A stretch of 64,000 nt of DNA, taken from contig JACRHL010000003.1 of NCBI GenBank assembly GCA_016212085.1, positions 321,178 through 385,177 of the forward strand. The letters are read 5' to 3'. Positions 42,584 through 51,024 of this stretch are shown piece by piece. The position numbers and the translations under genes are program-made. Positions within the stretch are counted from its first letter, which is position 1. Every line of letters begins with the position of its first letter. The notes under the pieces are model-generated. The model did not search any database, was not told the origin of the DNA, and saw only the letters and a list, made by a program, of their open reading frames with translations. Source of the DNA: Nitrospirota bacterium (GTDB lineage Bacteria; Nitrospirota; JACRHL01).

Positions 42584-43459
42584 TTACGGTCGTTGGCGAA
42601 AGCGTTTGAGGCCGTCCTGCATGGTTCGTTCCGAAAAGAAGCGGTCCGGCAGGCCGGCATTGACCCGGACATCGCCCATTTCCAGGGTCGTGGCGTCGCC
42701 GGAGCGGGTGTCGCGCGCGGCGACCCGGTCCCACACCCAGACGCCGTCCACCTGTCGCCAGGTGAACGCGACCTCCTTCCACGTGCCGTCCGGCCTCAGG
42801 TAGCGGGTGAGCAGCGGCAGCGCATCGCTCCGCGATACCCACGTACGCACCTTGGCATAGGGTGACTCGGCATCTGTCGGGACGCTGTCGATCACCTCGG
42901 CAAGCTGGCCGGAAACCACCTCGGTTCCCGTGGTCTGGTGGCCGCCCAGGGCGGAGGCGCGCATTTCCAGCTCGGTCCGCCTCAGCACGGAGGCATCGAA
43001 GGGATCGGTCTCGGCGGTGCCGTGACCGTGCGTGTGGCGGTGCGGTTGCGTCATCCGGCGCACGGTCCGCAATTCGGGGATGTACAGCCACGCCTCCTCG
43101 CCACCGGTGGTCTGGAACCACCCCATGTAGGCGAACCCCTTGGCGGTGGCGGGCTCCTCGCTGAAGAAGATGGCCTTGGAGGTATATTTCGAGCCCGCCG
43201 GATAGGGCTTCCAGAACATGACGTACACCAGCCGCCGGGGCGCCTCGCCGGGCCGGGAGGTGGTGAACGTCAGGCGCGCCTCGATGTCGCCGGCCGCGCG
43301 CGTGGCGGCGGACCGCGCCATCCAATCCGCCGCCCCCGTCCCCTCGGAAAGGGCCGGGGAAGCGGTCAGCGCCGCGGCGATTGCCGCCCACATGGCGACC
43401 GTGCGGGCGGTCGCCATGTGGGCGCGTCCGGGCATGCTCCGTCCCAGCCAGCCGCGCAT
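42584..43459 (-). CDS. LolA-like outer-membrane lipoprotein-sorting-family protein (DUF1329-like)
   Basis: Secreted ~290-aa protein with LolA-like beta-rich profile; start ambiguous (43459 / 43417 / 43393); abuts upstream cytochrome stop. Confidence 0.5.
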   Translation of the reverse strand: MRGWLGRSMPGRAHMATARTVAMWAAIAAALTASPALSEGTGAADWMARSAATRAAGDIEARLTFTTSRPGEAPRRLVYVMFWKPYPAGSKYTSKAIFFSEEPATAKGFAYMGWFQTTGGEEAWLYIPELRTVRRMTQPHRHTHGHGTAETDPFDASVLRRTELEMRASALGGHQTTGTEVVSGQLAEVIDSVPTDAESPYAKVRTWVSRSDALPLLTRYLRPDGTWKEVAFTWRQVDGVWVWDRVAARDTRSGDATTLEMGDVRVNAGLPDRFFSERTMQDGLKRFRQRP

Positions 43460-43461
43460 GC

Positions 43462-44103
43462 TCAGCGGAGGGTGTGCAGGTAGGCGGCCACCGCCGCGCG
43501 GGCGCGGTCATCCATCGGGAAGGTGGGCATGAAGGTGCCCGGCTTGATGGCCTGGGGATCCTTGAGCCACGTGGCCTCCCATTCCGGGTAGATTTTGGCG
43601 CCGACGCGGGTGAGGTCCGGGTAGCGGCTGCGCCCCTCCGTCCCGATGCGGTGGCAGGCGCGGCAGTCGAATGCGCCAACCAGGCGCTCCCCGGCCACCT
43701 CGGGAGACGGTGCGGCGGCGACGATGGCGCGATGGTCCACCGGTGTCGCCAGGCTGCTCAGGTAGGCGATCAGGTCGGCCAGTTCCTGGTCCGACTCCCA
43801 CTCGAAGGTGGGCATGTCGGTGCCGGGAACCACCAGGCTCGGATCGCGCAGCCAGTTCTCGATCCATTCGGGTTTTCTGCGCACGGCCAGTTGGGTCAGA
43901 TCGGGGCCGACCTGCCCCCCCTTGTGACGGATCGAATGACAGCCCTTGCAGGCCCGTTGGGTGAACACCTTCTCGCCTTCGGCCACCCGTCCGGGGGGCA
44001 GGCCGTCGTCATCATCCGCCGCCCATGCCGGATTGGCGAGGGCGAACAGCGCGAGGGCCATCATCAACGCGGGCGTGAATCCTATCCAGCGCTTGAAACT
44101 CAT
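43462..44103 (-). CDS. dihaem c-type cytochrome
   Basis: Signal peptide; two CxxCH sites (CKGCH, CRACH), each followed by a conserved Met-containing segment. Confidence 0.8.
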   Translation of the reverse strand: MSFKRWIGFTPALMMALALFALANPAWAADDDDGLPPGRVAEGEKVFTQRACKGCHSIRHKGGQVGPDLTQLAVRRKPEWIENWLRDPSLVVPGTDMPTFEWESDQELADLIAYLSSLATPVDHRAIVAAAPSPEVAGERLVGAFDCRACHRIGTEGRSRYPDLTRVGAKIYPEWEATWLKDPQAIKPGTFMPTFPMDDRARAAVAAYLHTLR

Positions 44104-44375
44104 TGTGTACATCCTCTTTGGATCGTGACGCGTGGTGGACCACCCTCCGGGCATCGCGTCGCGACGGATGCCAGGCGTGGCCCAACCCTGTTCCCGCCGG
44201 ACCGGGTGGGAGACGCGGGGAGGGGAATCCCGGCCCGGCGGGATGGACCGGCGGAGACCGAATGCGCGGATCGGGATGGAGGGCGATCCGCGCGCCGCCG
44301 GTCCAGGACCGCGCCCGGACAGCGCGCGACGACTGCGTGCGTGGCGCTGCCCGGACACGGATCCAACCCAGGCCG

Positions 44376-44936
44376 TTACATCGCGCCCGGTACCGGCGTC
44401 GGCACGGTCTTGGCACCACCCGGATCGACCTTCTTGCCGCTGGCGAAGGAGGTCACGTAGGCCGCCAGATCCACCGCCGCCTGGGAATTGCGGTCGAGCG
44501 GATCACCCTTGAGGAAGCTCATGATGCACATGTTGTCCATGCCCATCAGGTCCACCACCGCCTTCATGGGGCCGGCCGGCTTCGGGAAATGGCTGGCGGC
44601 GGTCTTCAGCGTGGGGATCGCGACCTTCATGGTCATGCCCTTCCACTCCATGTCCGCCGCGCCGCCGATGGTGTTGCCGCCGGGGTGGCAACTGGCGCAG
44701 CTCTGCCCCGTCTTGTTGTGGCCCAGGGAGGTGTCGTTGAACAGCACCTTGCCCCGCTCCACGGATGCCTTGAGGGTGTCCGGCTCCATGGTCATCATCA
44801 TGGTCATCATGGCCTTGATCTCGTCGGGGGGCAGGTAGGGGTCCATCCCGCCCTCGGCGAAGGCCAGCCAGGCGGGGCCGGCGAGTGCGGCCGTCAGGGT
44901 GGCGCCCAGTACGAGTCGTTTGTAAATCGGCTTCAT
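44376..44936 (-). CDS. monohaem c-type cytochrome
   Basis: Signal peptide; haem site CASCH preceded by GKVLFND (peroxidase/TsdA-like context); RBS ggaggag. Confidence 0.75.
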   Translation of the reverse strand: MKPIYKRLVLGATLTAALAGPAWLAFAEGGMDPYLPPDEIKAMMTMMMTMEPDTLKASVERGKVLFNDTSLGHNKTGQSCASCHPGGNTIGGAADMEWKGMTMKVAIPTLKTAASHFPKPAGPMKAVVDLMGMDNMCIMSFLKGDPLDRNSQAAVDLAAYVTSFASGKKVDPGGAKTVPTPVPGAM

Positions 44937-44976
44937 CTCCATCTCCTCCATGCTGGGAATCCCGGCCGGGATGGCC

Positions 44977-45109
44977 GGGCGACTAAAAACTACTGCGCGG
45001 CTCGATTGCCGCGTTGGGCGGTGCCCGCACTCTCTCCACGAGATGTCTCGGGTCATGCGCTCCGTCCGCCTTGTGCCCGAACCATTCGCGTCGGTTGTTG
45101 GCGGTACCC
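44977..45109. mobile_element. 133-bp MITE, family B (degenerate copy)
   Basis: Degenerate termini GGGCGACTAAAAAC / GGTTGTTGGCGGTACCC; internal match to family core. Confidence 0.55.
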
Positions 45110-45160
45110 GATACGACACGGATGGTCGCACCGATGGAGGTTGCGGGACCGTAAGCGGGC

Positions 45161-45868
45161 TTACGTTTCGGCACGAAACACCTCAAGCGCGCCGCGATCG
45201 AGAATCCGGATGCTGCGCCGGTCGAAGGAGACCACACCCTGGCTCCGGAACGCGCCCATGGTGAGGCTGACGGTCTCGCGCGTGGAGGCGATGAGGCTGG
45301 CCATTTCCTGATGGCTGAGGCCGGGCCGCAGCTCGATGTCGTTCCCGGCCGGCCGGCCCATCTGGTCGGCCAGTTCCAGGAGCAGGTCGGCCAGGCGCGC
45401 GGAGACATCCTTGAACAGGAGGCGCTCGATACGGTTCTCGAAGCGCCGGAGGCGCAAACCGATGAGCTTGGTCAACCGGATGGACAGGGCCGGCCGGGCC
45501 GCCATCATGGCGGCGAAATCCTCACCGCGGATGATGCATATGGCCGCGTTGTCCATCGCGAACGCGTGGGACTCATGGGTTCCGGCGTTCATGGCCGCCA
45601 CCTCGCCGAAGATCTCCCCCGGCCCGAGGATCGCCAGGGTCAGTTCGCGCCCATCGGGGAGCAGTCGGGAGATCTTGATCCGTCCGGCCTTGAGGAGGTA
45701 GACGTGCTCGCCCGGCTCCCCCGCCCCGTAGATGCATTCATGCCGCGCCACGGATGCCATGCGGGTGATCTCGCCCATGGCCTTGAGCTCGTCAACGCCC
45801 AGGTCGGCGAACAACTGAATCTGCTTGAGGAACCAGATCTTCGTGAGGGGGGATAGCACTGTCTGCAT
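45161..45868 (-). CDS. Crp/Fnr-family transcriptional regulator
   Basis: cNMP-binding domain (GEPGEHVYLLKAGRIKISR) and C-terminal HTH; upstream of the cytochrome operon. Confidence 0.8.
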   Translation of the reverse strand: MQTVLSPLTKIWFLKQIQLFADLGVDELKAMGEITRMASVARHECIYGAGEPGEHVYLLKAGRIKISRLLPDGRELTLAILGPGEIFGEVAAMNAGTHESHAFAMDNAAICIIRGEDFAAMMAARPALSIRLTKLIGLRLRRFENRIERLLFKDVSARLADLLLELADQMGRPAGNDIELRPGLSHQEMASLIASTRETVSLTMGAFRSQGVVSFDRRSIRILDRGALEVFRAET

Positions 45869-46150
45869 AGAGATCGGCTCTCGACCAGGACATCGAATCG
45901 AATGGAAAACCGCAAAGACAACCTCTTGCCATAAACAGCGGGCCACCTGTCGCTTATTCCGACTGAACCGCGTGGCTTGGCGCGGCACCATGACGCGGCC
46001 GCACCCCGTCGAAAGGGAGGGGGCCGCCCGAATGGAAGAAATTCGCCGCCACGGCGGATTAATGGAACCAGGGCGTCGCACGGCGCTTGGATCCAGGGAC
46101 TGTTCGGAACGTGAGGGCACCCGACCGTGGCGCATACCCCATCGCCCCCC

Positions 46151-47011
46151 ATGCCATCGGACAAGGCCATATTCCGGCCGATGCTGACCCTGGCCGCGAT
46201 GGTCGCGTTTGCCGCCAATTCGGTATTGTGCCGGCTGGCGCTCACCGAGACGGACATCGGCCCCGCCGCCTTCACCGCCACGCGCCTCGCCACCGGCGCC
46301 ATCGTGCTGTGGATCGTTCTGGCATTGCGCGGCCGACCGAGGGGGGCCGCGGGAAGCCGTGCCGGCGCTATCTTCCTGTTCTGTTATGCCGCGGCATTTT
46401 CCTTTGCCTACGTCGATCTGCCGACCGGCACCGGAGCGTTGCTCCTGTTCGGCGCGGTCCAGTTGACCATGATCGTCTGGGGAATCCGGAGCGGCGAGCG
46501 CCTGAACCGTGTCCAGGCGGGGGGGCTTCTCGCGGCGTCAGGGGGCCTGGTATGGCTTCTAATGCCGGGAATCTCCGCCCCGCCGGTGGGGACCGCCATG
46601 ACCATGTTTGGCGCCGGCGTGGCCTGGGGCGCCTATTCGTTGTTGGGGCGGGGGACGGGCGATCCCCTGGCGGCCACGGGCGGCAACTTTCTGCTTGCGC
46701 TGGCACCGGCGCTGGCATTGGTGGTCACGGCGTGGCCGCATCCGCGGTGGGACGGGTTGGGCATGGTCTATGCCGCGCTGTCCGGTGGCGTGGCCTCGGG
46801 GCTCGGCTATGCGGTCTGGTATGCGGCCCTGCGCGGGCTGTCGGCCACGCGGGCGGCCACGGTGCAACTGTCGGTCCCCCTGATCGCCGCGGTTGGCGGG
46901 GTGCTGTTCCTGTCCGAACCATTCACGGCGCGCCTCGCCGTCGCTTCGGTTCTCATTCTTGGTGGCATCGCGCTGGTGGCGGTCACGCGAGGAGGTGTCG
47001 GCAAGCCTTGA
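46151..47011 (+). CDS. DMT-superfamily (EamA-like) transporter
   Basis: Ten predicted TM helices in two EamA-like halves; start uncertain (46127 GTG / 46151 ATG / 46181 ATG). Confidence 0.65.
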   Translation: MPSDKAIFRPMLTLAAMVAFAANSVLCRLALTETDIGPAAFTATRLATGAIVLWIVLALRGRPRGAAGSRAGAIFLFCYAAAFSFAYVDLPTGTGALLLFGAVQLTMIVWGIRSGERLNRVQAGGLLAASGGLVWLLMPGISAPPVGTAMTMFGAGVAWGAYSLLGRGTGDPLAATGGNFLLALAPALALVVTAWPHPRWDGLGMVYAALSGGVASGLGYAVWYAALRGLSATRAATVQLSVPLIAAVGGVLFLSEPFTARLAVASVLILGGIALVAVTRGGVGKP

Positions 47012-47128
47012 GCACCGTGGGAACGCTGGAAGAGGCCGAACATCCCTCTCCGTATTCCGTCCGGACCTGGCCGGCGCCCGAGCCGTGCCCCATTGACCAG
47101 ACTCCACACGCAATAAAGGCCGTTCGGG

Positions 47129-47323
47129 CTATTGGCCGAGTTGGCGTGGCGGGCACGGCGTGCTGCCGAACGAGCAGAACACGCAGCAATCCCCCTGGCG
47201 GGGCCGCAGCATGGTTCCGCAGCCCGTGCACCGGTAGAAGAACTGGCACGCGTCCGTGGGCATGGCCTCGGTTTTCCGGTGTCCGCAATGGGGGCAGGTG
47301 AGGGTGGAACTCAGGATCGGCAC
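47129..47323 (-). CDS. small cysteine-rich protein (CPHCG ... GDCCVFCS), putative metal-binding
   Basis: 64 aa with 8 Cys; GTG start preceded by AGGAGGAA; last gene of the mer-type operon. Confidence 0.5.
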   Translation of the reverse strand: MPILSSTLTCPHCGHRKTEAMPTDACQFFYRCTGCGTMLRPRQGDCCVFCSFGSTPCPPRQLGQ

Positions 47324-47523
47324 GACGGTTTCCTCCTGATCAGGGCCCATGCGATCATGCCCACGAAGCATGCCAGGGCCGGCAGCAACACGTAGTTCAG
47401 CCACCCCACCCACGCCGACAGGCCCAAGGCGCCCAGCAGGATCACCAGCGCGGGCGTGAAGCAGCAGACGGCGGCGAGGGTGGTGCCGGCGATTCCGGTC
47501 CCGAGCAGTCTCTTGTCCGTCAT
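47311..47523 (-). CDS. merF: mercury transporter MerF-like
   Basis: 70 aa, two TM helices, vicinal Cys (LAAVCCFTPALVILLG), C-terminal Cys; ATG overlaps merB stop (ATGA). Confidence 0.75.
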   Translation of the reverse strand: MTDKRLLGTGIAGTTLAAVCCFTPALVILLGALGLSAWVGWLNYVLLPALACFVGMIAWALIRRKPSCRS

Positions 47524-48302
47524 CGTGATGTCCTTCGCGGGTTGGATGCAAGGGTTGAAAGCGGCGCCAGGAGCGGCGCGAAGATGGCCTTGCCGACCTG
47601 GAGCCCCTCGTCGATGGAGAGGCGCACACCCGGCGCGCCCCCTGGTTGAGATTGGCGCCAGGATACGAGGTGCTCGTCGGAGCAGAAGAACGCCAGCGCC
47701 GGGCAGAGGGTGTCGGCGGCACAGCCGCCGGTGTTCCTCGCCCCCGCCCAGACCACGGCGCCCTCGGGCGCCACGGCCTCCAGGGTAGCGCCCCGGTCTC
47801 GGGTGGTGACATGGACGGCCGCGCCGCAAGTGGCGCAGGCCGAGTCGATGGCGGTGTCTGTGCGATACATGGCCCCGGCGCCCAGGGCGTCGATGGCGCA
47901 CATGGCGTTCAGCACCTGGCCGCCCAGCCGTACCCGGTGCCCGGTTTCCCGGTCCCGGAACGGGTAGGCCCCCGTCACGTCGCCGTGTGCGTCCAGCACC
48001 ACCAGGTCGCGCCCTTCCAGTTGCCGCAGCAGGCGGCGTACCTCGTCCAGCGGCAGGTCGGCGGCGAGGTGTTCGACGGAAGGGGCACGGCCCCGATCCG
48101 CATAGCCATCGAGCACGGCCCGCCGCACGCGGTCCTCCGCCTCCCCCATGCCGGTCCAGCACCGTTCGGCGTCGAATGCGGCGAGGATCGCGGCCAGTGC
48201 CCGACGGGCCGCCTCCGAGGTGATTGCCGACCAATCCGGGAAGGTCACGCCGGGTCCGATGGAGATTTCGAGGGGGGTCCGGGTGGGTCGCGGTATGTCC
48301 AT
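47520..48302 (-). CDS. merB: organomercurial lyase
   Basis: Catalytic-region match (NAMCAIDALG with Cys/Asp, later Cys cluster); ~45-aa N-terminal extension; GGAGG RBS before ATG 48302. Confidence 0.7.
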   Translation of the reverse strand: MDIPRPTRTPLEISIGPGVTFPDWSAITSEAARRALAAILAAFDAERCWTGMGEAEDRVRRAVLDGYADRGRAPSVEHLAADLPLDEVRRLLRQLEGRDLVVLDAHGDVTGAYPFRDRETGHRVRLGGQVLNAMCAIDALGAGAMYRTDTAIDSACATCGAAVHVTTRDRGATLEAVAPEGAVVWAGARNTGGCAADTLCPALAFFCSDEHLVSWRQSQPGGAPGVRLSIDEGLQVGKAIFAPLLAPLSTLASNPRRTSR

Positions 48303-48322
48303 GCGCTGGCCCTCCATGCTCA

Positions 48323-48465
48323 GGGCACCTCTATTAACCGTCGCGAGCGCTCCGATTGCAAGGCGGACGGAGCGGAGAACCCGAGACATATCTGGGTGAT
48401 AGGCGAGGGTTCGAGCACCGCCCAACGCAGCAATCGGAGCGCGCAGTAGGTTAATAGAGGTGCCC
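48323..48465. mobile_element. 143-bp MITE, family B (inside mer operon, between merP and merB)
   Basis: TIRs GGGCACCTCTATTAACC / GGTTAATAGAGGTGCCC; 4-bp duplication CTCA on both sides. Confidence 0.75.
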
Positions 48466-48466
48466 C

Positions 48467-48748
48467 TCACTCGACCGGCCGCGAGGGGTAGCCGGCGTTG
48501 GTCGTCGCCCGGGTGAGGGCCCCCACGTCCGTGAGCACATCGTCGAACGTCACCACGGCTTGCTTGTGCAACAGGGACACCTTGACCGCCTTCACGCCGG
48601 GAACATGGGAAAGGGCCTTTTTCACGGTGATCGGGCAGGTGACGCAGGTCATCCGCTCCACCCCCAGGGTGACGGTCCGCTCCGTCGCGATGGCGTTTCC
48701 GGTGGACACCAGGAGAGCGACGGCCACCAGGATCGGTACAAGCTTCAT
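48467..48748 (-). CDS. merP: periplasmic mercury-binding protein
   Basis: Signal peptide plus HMA motif GMTCVTCPITVKKAL; 93 aa; AGGAGGG RBS. Confidence 0.85.
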   Translation of the reverse strand: MKLVPILVAVALLVSTGNAIATERTVTLGVERMTCVTCPITVKKALSHVPGVKAVKVSLLHKQAVVTFDDVLTDVGALTRATTNAGYPSRPVE

Positions 48749-48768
48749 CGGATCGTCCCTCCTTCCGT

Positions 48769-49155
48769 TCAGACACCCCCGTACAGGGGGGCCAGGTAGG
48801 GCAGCGCCAGGATCGCCAGCACCAGTAGCGCCGCGCTCCACAAGGCAATCTTCACCATCCGCCCGGAACCGGGCCGGGTGCACTCCCCCTCCGGCCCGCA
48901 GGCGGCCGCCGGCTTCCGGTAGGCGAGCCGGAACCCGGCGGCGAGCAGGACGACGGTCAGGGCCATGAAGTAGGGCTGGTACGGCGCCAGGGCCGTCAGC
49001 CCGCCCATCCAGGCGCCGCCCAACCCCAGGCTTACCAGCACCAGCGGCAGGATGCAGCAGGACGAGGCGGCGAGTGCCCCCAGCACGGCGCCGCCGGCGA
49101 CCACGCCGCGCCGGGCATGACCGCCGCCAATGTGCTCTCCACCCGCGTCCTTCAC
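48769..49155 (-). CDS. merT: mercuric ion transport protein
   Basis: First TM helix with vicinal Cys (LAASSCCILPLVLVSLG), second Cys pair (CGPEGEC); GTG start 49155 overlaps upstream stop (GTGA); alternative ATG 49218. Confidence 0.7.
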   Translation of the reverse strand: MKDAGGEHIGGGHARRGVVAGGAVLGALAASSCCILPLVLVSLGLGGAWMGGLTALAPYQPYFMALTVVLLAAGFRLAYRKPAAACGPEGECTRPGSGRMVKIALWSAALLVLAILALPYLAPLYGGV

Positions 49156-49418
49156 AGCGCCCGACCGACGCCCGCGGCTCGCAACCGCGCCTCGTCCACC
49201 CCCGCGCCCGCACAGCATTGGGCCAGGCGGCCATCCACCGCCACCGCCGGGAGCGCCCGCACCCCCAGATCGGCCGCCTTCGCCGCCACGGCGGGTGCGC
49301 GCATGTCCAGCACGCTCACCGCGCACGCGGGGCAGGCGAGCCGCTCCACGAGGCGGACCGCCTCCTCGCACACGGGGCACCCGGCGCTGAATACCTCGAC
49401 CCTGCGTTTGTCGGTCAT
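49152..49418 (-). CDS. thioredoxin-fold protein with CPxC active site
   Basis: 88 aa; RVEVFSAGCPVCEEA...LPAVAVDGRL resembles small thioredoxin-family proteins; GGAGGAA RBS; first gene after the mer promoter. Confidence 0.6.
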   Translation of the reverse strand: MTDKRRVEVFSAGCPVCEEAVRLVERLACPACAVSVLDMRAPAVAAKAADLGVRALPAVAVDGRLAQCCAGAGVDEARLRAAGVGRAL

Positions 49419-49518
49419 CGTTCTTCCTCCCGACTTGCGTGGCCGCCGCCCCCGGAAAACGGGTTTGGCGGCCGTGCGGTTCCATACCTGGCAGGGGCCG
49501 CGTGCCCCCTCTTCTGCT

Positions 49519-49549
49519 ACGATAGAACCTGTAGTGGCTACAGGTTCAA
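49519..49549 (-). promoter_or_regulatory. MerR-type promoter/operator: -35 TTGAAC, 19-bp spacer containing dyad, -10 TATCGT
   Basis: On the minus strand TTGAAC-(19 bp)-TATCGT; the spacer holds the perfect inverted repeat GAACCTGTAG-tgg-CTACAGGTTC (49525-49547); lies between divergent merR and the mer operon. Confidence 0.6.
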
Positions 49550-49566
49550 GGGGGGAGCGGAAAAAA

Positions 49567-49989
49567 ATGGGCACGGAAGCGGATTCGGTCTGTTCCATCG
49601 GGGCGCTGGCGGCGCGTACCGGCGTCAACGCGGAGACGATCCGCTACTACGAGCGGATCGGGCTGTTGCCCCGGCCGCGGCGCACGGACGGCGGACATCG
49701 CCTGTACGACCACGGCCAGCGCAAGCGGCTCGTCTTCATCCGGCGGGCGCGGGAGCTGGGCTTCTCGGTGGAAGAGGTGCGGGAACTGCTACGGCTGGTG
49801 GACGGCGGCGATCACACCTGCGCCGAGGTGAAATCCGTCACCGTGCGTCATCTGGCCGACGTGCGCCGGAAGCTCGCGGATCTCGGGAAGCTGGAGCGGA
49901 CCTTGGGCACGATCTCCGCGCGCTGCGCGGGCGGACTGGTGCCGGACTGCCCCATCCTGGATGCGCTGTTCGAGGACGGGCTTGGCTAG
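49567..49989 (+). CDS. merR: Hg(II)-responsive transcriptional regulator MerR
   Basis: N-terminal HTH (IGALAARTGVNAETIRYYERIGLL), metal-binding Cys triad (HTCAEV ... CAGGLVPDCP); GGGGAG RBS. Confidence 0.85.
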   Translation: MGTEADSVCSIGALAARTGVNAETIRYYERIGLLPRPRRTDGGHRLYDHGQRKRLVFIRRARELGFSVEEVRELLRLVDGGDHTCAEVKSVTVRHLADVRRKLADLGKLERTLGTISARCAGGLVPDCPILDALFEDGLG

Positions 49990-50155
49990 CAGGTTGTTGA
50001 AAAACGGCGTTTTTCGGCATGACTGCGTCCGGTACCGGGAGGTACCGGCGGATTTCACGCGGGCAAGCGCCTGGAATCCGGAGAAACCGGGAAACCGCGC
50101 TGTTCCGGCTTCAAGTTGAAAAAGGCCACGGATGGACTTCTTCAACATCCCGCCG
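49986..50155. mobile_element. hairpin-rich mosaic repeat element, family A (copy 4, opposite orientation)
   Basis: Starts at merR stop: CTAG|CAGGTTGTTGAAAAACGG...; ~80% identical to the reverse complement of copy 1. Confidence 0.55.
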
Positions 50156-50160
50156 GACCA

Positions 50161-51024
50161 TCAGCCGGGCGAATCCGCCTTAAGCCACGCGGCCAGGTCG
50201 GCGAACACCGCCCGGCGCTCCGTTTCCAGCAACACCTCGTGGAACATCTCCGGGTATTCCCGGTAGGTGGCCGCCGGGCAGCGGGCGCACCACGCCCGCG
50301 CCGCCGCCGGCGCCACCACCCGGTCGGCGCCCGCCTGCAAACACAACAGCGGCAGGTCCACGTCGGCGGCGTGGGCGTTCACGAACGCCATCTCGCGGCA
50401 CACCTCCGTGAACCAGCGCACGTTCACCCACTTGAAGATGAGCGGGTCGGCACGGCGCCGCGCCTCCTGCTCCGGGTCGTGGCTGTTGGCGTAATCGCCG
50501 CCCCCGGCGGGTAGCGACAGCCACGGCAACGCGCCGCTGACCAGCTCCCCCAGGCGCCGCCGCAGGGGCGGCACCGGCAGGCGGATCGCAAGCAGCGGCG
50601 AGGTGACGGCCACCCGCTCCACCCCCCAGCGCGCCAGCGCCGCGGGGCGCCGGATCAGGGACGACAGCGCCACCAGGCCGCCGGTGCTGTGGCCGAGCAG
50701 GGCCCAGCGCGCCACCCCGGAGCGTTCGCGGGCGGTGGCCAGGGCCTGGTGCAGGTCGTCCAGATACTCCTCGAAACGCCCGAGGCGGCCACGCAGGCCG
50801 CTGGAGCGGCCATGGCCACGCGGGTCCATGGCCCACACGGCCAGGCCCCGGCCCGCGAAGAACGCGAACAGCTCGCCGTAGCGCTCCAGGTGGTCGGTAT
50901 AGCCGGGCAGCAGGAACAGGCCGCGGCCGGCGCCGTCCGGGGTGATGCCGGCCAGGTGCAGGCGGGCGCCCGGAACGGGCAGGGTCAGGTGCTGGGTGCC
51001 CTCGGGAAGGGGGCGGGGGGTCAC
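50161..51024 (-). CDS. alpha/beta-hydrolase (lysophospholipase/monoacylglycerol lipase-like)
   Basis: Nucleophile elbow GHSTGG, HGRSSG oxyanion region; GTG start 51024 overlaps upstream stop (GTGA). Confidence 0.75.
   Translation of the reverse strand: MTPRPLPEGTQHLTLPVPGARLHLAGITPDGAGRGLFLLPGYTDHLERYGELFAFFAGRGLAVWAMDPRGHGRSSGLRGRLGRFEEYLDDLHQALATARERSGVARWALLGHSTGGLVALSSLIRRPAALARWGVERVAVTSPLLAIRLPVPPLRRRLGELVSGALPWLSLPAGGGDYANSHDPEQEARRRADPLIFKWVNVRWFTEVCREMAFVNAHAADVDLPLLCLQAGADRVVAPAAARAWCARCPAATYREYPEMFHEVLLETERRAVFADLAAWLKADSPG

Noticed and set aside
47520-48848. 442-aa track ORF as a single long MerB-containing protein
   Set aside because: Upstream 180 residues run through the MITE and the merP region in another frame; merB start set at 48302 with a GGAGG RBS.
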